From contig JBLDXI010000033.1 in NCBI GenBank assembly GCA_047495785.1, positions 1,240,001 to 1,304,000 of the forward strand: DNA of 64,000 nucleotides. Reading direction: 5' to 3'. The notes beneath the pieces were generated by a model. It did no database searches, was not told where the DNA came from, and worked only from the letters and a program-made list of their open reading frames with translations. The translations under genes and the position numbers were made by a program. The stretch is from Lepidodermella squamata. Lineage: Eukaryota; Animalia; Gastrotricha. Positions 58,930-64,000 of this stretch are shown here, piece by piece (the stretch's first letter is position 1; the number at the start of each line of letters is the position of its first letter).

Positions 58930-61900
58930 ATGTTTAATCGGGTGCTATTATTCATACTATGCGCCCATTTCGTTCTTGAAAAAGCTCGCTGTCAGAATTA
59001 TACTCGTTGCTTTACGAGCGTGGACGATACTTTTGTTCGCTGCCGACGCGAAACCAAAGGCTGCAAACAATTGGAGTATCAGGTTTGATAGTGTTCGATT
59101 TTGTTTATGCCCACTGATTTTGTTCATTAATTTTTAGCTGGGCTTATTCCCTAATGTTACCAGCTGCATAAATGGCGTAATTTGAAGTTATTAGTTCTCA
59201 ATCGATTATTCTCTCGTCAATTACTGAACAGCCAGCTATACTGTGCTTCGATTATCGAACCATAACTCCTGAATGTCGTCCTGCTGACGTTGATTGTTCT
59301 TCGGATGAGATCTTGGTAAGTTTCTGATTATACGGTTATGGCCTGTCCCATAATGGACGCGATAATTTTTCCTTGGTGGCTTTGGTGGGACAATTTTTTC
59401 TCGCCGATTTCCAATTTTTATTTTACAAGAGCCTTTCGTCAAAATTTTTACGAAACATTGCAAGGACTCTATCCAATTTGAATAATCTCGTTATTTTTCA
59501 GATTGATAAATTCAACTCGATGCCAGCTTTCAGGAAGAATTTCGAAGCCTGTCAAACGGCCGCACTTCTTTTCCCCGTATAGATTTACTTCAACAAAAAT
59601 GCAAATACTACTATAAGGTCTTTTCTTGTGTACCAGAAGCAACAATTCAGGCGGTGTTCCTCTAGCAACGAGGTGTCAACATGTGTTCCAGTCCGATCTC
59701 TAACTGAATGCCCTCCAGACATGGTTTGCCTTTCTGCTTTGCCGTAGTTCAAAGGCTAAGGAGTTCAACACCAATTTTACAGACAGTGGGCGCGGTTTTC
59801 AGAGGACTCTCCCCCTGTTTATCCGGAGCTGGTAAGCCATTGCGAAATTTTCTTTGGGAATCACTAAGCCGTCCGGCTTTCTAGTTCCCATTCCTTACGA
59901 TGAGCAGCCTCACGTGCAGTGCCTGGAAACTACGACCGGAAAGTTCAAAGCCTGTCGCCCGGAGAGCGTAGGCTGCACAGTGGACAACGAGACGACATCA
60001 ACAACCGTTGGCATCTTCCCAAATAAAACGGCATGCCTTGCGTCGGTTGGTTTTCCTGCATCTTTTAATAATATGCTTTTAATCATGAGTCATGAGAACT
60101 AGAAACGAATCTCAAGCTTAATAGAATTTTCAAATCAAAGACGTGCGAGAGTTTAGTTCCTGAATTTTGATTGCCATACAACATTCGCTTGTTTTTTAAT
60201 TTTTACAGGTACAAAATACAACGGAGACTAATGTAAACGAATACGTGCGCTGCGTCGCGAAATTGCAGAATGGTGCTGTCAGCTGCCGTCTGCTTGGTTG
60301 CGCTCCTGGAGAATACCGCTTCCCGCCCTGTCTCTCGTTTCCGACTGAGATGGACTGTATCCATGCCAAGAAACAATTTTTCATCGTCAACAGCACGACC
60401 TTGCTCACTCAAGACGACGCTGGCTCGTTGTGCAGGGCACAATCCGGGCAGCTTGCTACGCTGAAGACTTGGGAAGACATGGGTGATTCTCTTTTTAATT
60501 TTCTCTCTACTCTGTCTGAGCCGCCGCGCAAGGAAAACTCGCTTATCAGCACGAGTTTTCGTTTTAGAATATTAGGAATTTCTTTTATGAAAAAATAAAC
60601 TAATAAATACTTTCCCGCGAAATACTCATTAGGCATGTAGCTTGGCCCTGGCTTCGTCTCTACTTGACTATAATCAACGTTTTCATACCTTCTTCAGGTG
60701 AGGCGCGTTATCTACTGGGTTCGTCGTCAGAACAGTTAGCATGGGCGGGGTGCTCCGCCCGCTTTGGAACTCGAATATGGATCGATGGCTCTGCGATGGT
60801 GGACGTGCCTTTACAGTGGGCCGCCGGCGAACCGAATGGCGATGGTCCATTTTGTTTGTTCAAATTTTACGGGAATTTAAGCCCGCCCGGTTGGTATCTC
60901 AAAGACGTTCCTGGCAACTCATTGACTTATCAGGGAGGAGAAACAAGTATATCAATCGGTGTTTGTGAAACGTTCACCCCCTCGACTATCATGGTATGTC
61001 TTAGATTACTTAATTTTAAAAGTCTCAACATCAAGGGAAAATGTGCCATCAATGACCATTTTCCTGTGTAGTAATTAGTAATATTTCTAACTAGTTCACG
61101 TTATCAGAAGTATGGGTAAAATCATTACGATCAAGCCATAATACGAAGATAATTGAAGGAAACCTTCTCCATGTTGTCAAATTGACGTTAGGTTCGATTT
61201 AGATTTCACAGATATCTCGACTTTTGACCAGGCTCATTCTCGATAATGGCTCTTTTGTTTAACAGGCAGTAGGTTATGTTCGATGCGTATTGCCCTATTT
61301 CCAAGGAGCAGTGACTTGTCGGTCTAACGCGACTGGCTGTTACTTTGGCGAATATGCACATCCGCCGAATTATACGTTCGCCGACGTGGCTAGCTGTTTG
61401 AATGCCACTAAAAAGCTATTTCTTGTGACATATCGAGCTAATGCGATTGCTCCGCAACGTAATCCGAATAACTACCGCGATCTTGACGAAGCATGCTCAA
61501 TGAAAGGTGGGCTTTTGGCTACCATTAAAACGGAAGTGGATCATAATGCGGTGCGACTTTTACTCATGGATGCTTACGTTAATCGGGCCCTCGTCGGGCG
61601 ATGGAACGGCTCGGCGTGGGTAGATAGTAGCCCGTTTGCGCCGCTTTCTTTGCAATGGGGACCAGGGCGCCCTATTGGATATGATTGCGCCGAATATTCT
61701 CTTTTCAATGCTTCTATCGACAAGCCGGCAGGTACTTACTTAAGTGACGCCTCCTGTGTCAGGTTTTGGGAAGCCGCTGTTTGTGAAACTTTCGATCCAA
61801 CTTACGACACAACTCTCCAGGTGAGCTTATTACAAATGAGTAGGTATTTTATTTCTGTATAATTACGAGCTTTGAAAACTAGACTTCCCGTCACTTACCG

Positions 61901-64000
61901 TAACATACGAATCTAAGCTATAACAGATCTAAGTATTTATGAGAAATGACAATTACACCATTTTAGCATGCCTTTCACCTGGAATCTCTGGTCAGGTATT
62001 TCACTTTGTTTTGAAAGGCCTCAAACGTTCGCTGTGTCGTAATATCGGACGACAATGTACGCTGCCGATCGGTATCAATCGGCTGTCTGTATAGCGAAAG
62101 GGCAGTACCCCCCGCAAATTTAGCTTTGTTCGCCAGTGCGCCTGAGTGTACCAACGCTCGGAAGCAATTTTTTGTCATTCAGTCGGCTACGCAATTGACG
62201 CGAGACCAAGTGGTTGCGAAATGCACCGAAAATAACGCGAGCATTGCTACAATCAAAACTTGGGACGAACAAGGCGAGTTTCGCCAACTTCTTGCCAGCC
62301 AGTCGATTTCTTCCGTTTTTGTTGGCCTCACGCGACCAGCCGGCTTTCCACGTTGGGTTTGGGACGATGGAACTAGACTTAAAGTATTGCCACTGCAGTG
62401 GGGAAGCAGTGAGCCAAGCGGAGATGGCGATTGCGCCGAATATTCCGCTTCACCTGACGGTCTATACCTCGGAGATGTTTCTTGTTCGGCTGTCAAATTG
62501 TCGGTGGCCTGCGAAATATATGTTCAGCCAGCTGTAAGTTTGATACTTGTAAAAGCTGACTCTAAATTAACTAAATATTCAAACTGAGGATCCTACGTAT
62601 ATTTCGCGCATTTAGTCAACTTAGGTATTAATTTGTAAATGTCGCATTTCTTCATTCTAGGTAGAAGCTGCGTCGTCCTATGTCCGATGTCTTGCGAAGT
62701 TTAACACTGGTTCGGTAAGCTGCAGGAAGAACTCGACAGGCTGCTACTTCGGCGAGCAGTCTTTTCCAGCTTCCCACGTTTTTCCGTCAGAAGACAGCTG
62801 TCTAAATGCACAAAAAACATTGTTTGTACTCGTTGATCCGAAATTTAGCAATTTTGATGCCGCTAGCAGTCTTTGCCGGGCAAATGGCGGTCAGTTGGCA
62901 ACAATCAAGAATCAACTGGAGAAAGATGAACTTGAACGTTTGCTGACAGAATTGGGCATCGAATCAGCCTGGATTGGTATTGAAGTTATTTCGTGGGTTG
63001 ACGGTAGCCCCCTGGCGTTACAGTCGTCTTCGTTGCAATGGGCCCCTGGCGAGCCGAATGCCAATAATCTATTTGGTCAATATTTGTTTTTCGACTCGGA
63101 TGGGCAGTATTCCGCCGGTTTCTACCTGAAAAGCGTCAATAGCTCAAATACATCACCGGGCATAGCTTGCGAAACATTTGATCCGAATTATGTCGCCCAC
63201 GCGATAGTAAGTTGTTTTACAGAACTTGTTTTTCATGTTTTAGTGGCTTCAATGGTGCAGAATCTGTTTATTAGATCAATGATTTTAATGAAGATTAGCA
63301 ATCTTTTTGTTATTTGTTGCCTATTTGTTTCCTAGTCTCGTAGCGTTCGATGCGTGCCCAAGTCGTCTGGATTAGTCAAATGTCGTTCGGCTACGGCGGG
63401 ATGTTACGAGAGTGAAAAAAACTTTCCAGCGGGTGTTGTCTATGCAAGCAAGGATGAATGTAACTCGGTTGTCAAGCAAATTTTCATAGTCAAATCGACG
63501 ACACAGATGACGCGTGATGAAGCTGCATCGAAGTGTTTCGAAAATGGCTGGCAAATGGCATCGATCAAGACGTGGGATGAACAAGGCAAATTGAGGCAAC
63601 TGCTCACTAACCAGTCAGTCACTACAGTATTCGTCGGGCTACAGAAAATAGACGGGAAGTGGAAATGGGCCGATGGTTCTGATCTCTCAGCAATTAATCT
63701 TCAGTGGGGCAACAACGAACCGAGCGGAGACGGGGAATGTGGCGAATATTTCACCTTCGGCGCCTCGTCTCCCTTGCCTGCTGGTCTGTATCTTAATGAT
63801 GGAGCATGCTCGGTCACTGAATTGGCCGTTGCGTGTGAAACTTTTGTTCTGCCCACCGCTGCGCCAGTAAGCTTTTTCCCATTCATTTTGCGATGGCTCA
63901 CTAAGATTTGGGCTAGATCAACTAGATTCCTTAGTCATCGTAATTAGAACCGCGAAGAATGATTCTATAGCCCAGATTGAATCGTACACATTTCTTACCC
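58930..64000 (+). CDS. Large secreted mosaic lectin: N-terminal 4-Cys modules, then at least five [4-Cys module + C-type lectin domain] units; runs off the window
   Basis: Signal peptide MFNRVLLFILCAHFVLEKARC; CTL motifs LATIK, WIG/FVGL, WxDG, WAAGEPN, EPSGDGECGEY, YLND..C......ACE; about one unit per exon. Confidence 0.85.

Overview
Gene-dense eukaryotic (animal) DNA with very short GT-AG introns (mostly 40-60 nt, pyrimidine-rich YAG acceptors), consistent with a compact invertebrate genome; the taxon cannot be fixed from this window. Contents in order: a PLA2-like and a Kazal-like putative GPI-anchored protein, a Cys-loop channel subunit, three divergent two-pore-domain K+ channels, a mosaic C-type-lectin gene riddled with MITEs, an unusually long small heat-shock protein, an ectodomain-less TMEM8/PGAP6 (myomaker-sized) gene, then a ~30 kb array of eight MECR/Etr1-like enoyl reductases. 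The reductases lack mitochondrial presequences and vary most at their active sites. Interleaved in the array are an ABO-family (GT6) glycosyltransferase, an H2B-H2A/H3-H4 histone quartet split by an intact LINE, a six-PAN-domain protein and an intronless class C GPCR. The window ends with a decayed Cys-loop gene and a second lectin gene built from an unassigned 4-Cys module alternating with C-type lectin domains. The best candidates for undescribed biology are the diversifying reductase array, a non-canonical conserved histone downstream element (TTGCAACAGTGTT), the SQSQ-ended cluster H2A, the short TMEM8, the bacterial-type GT6 and the 4-Cys module. Exon boundaries were read by eye and some are approximate; no searches were run.
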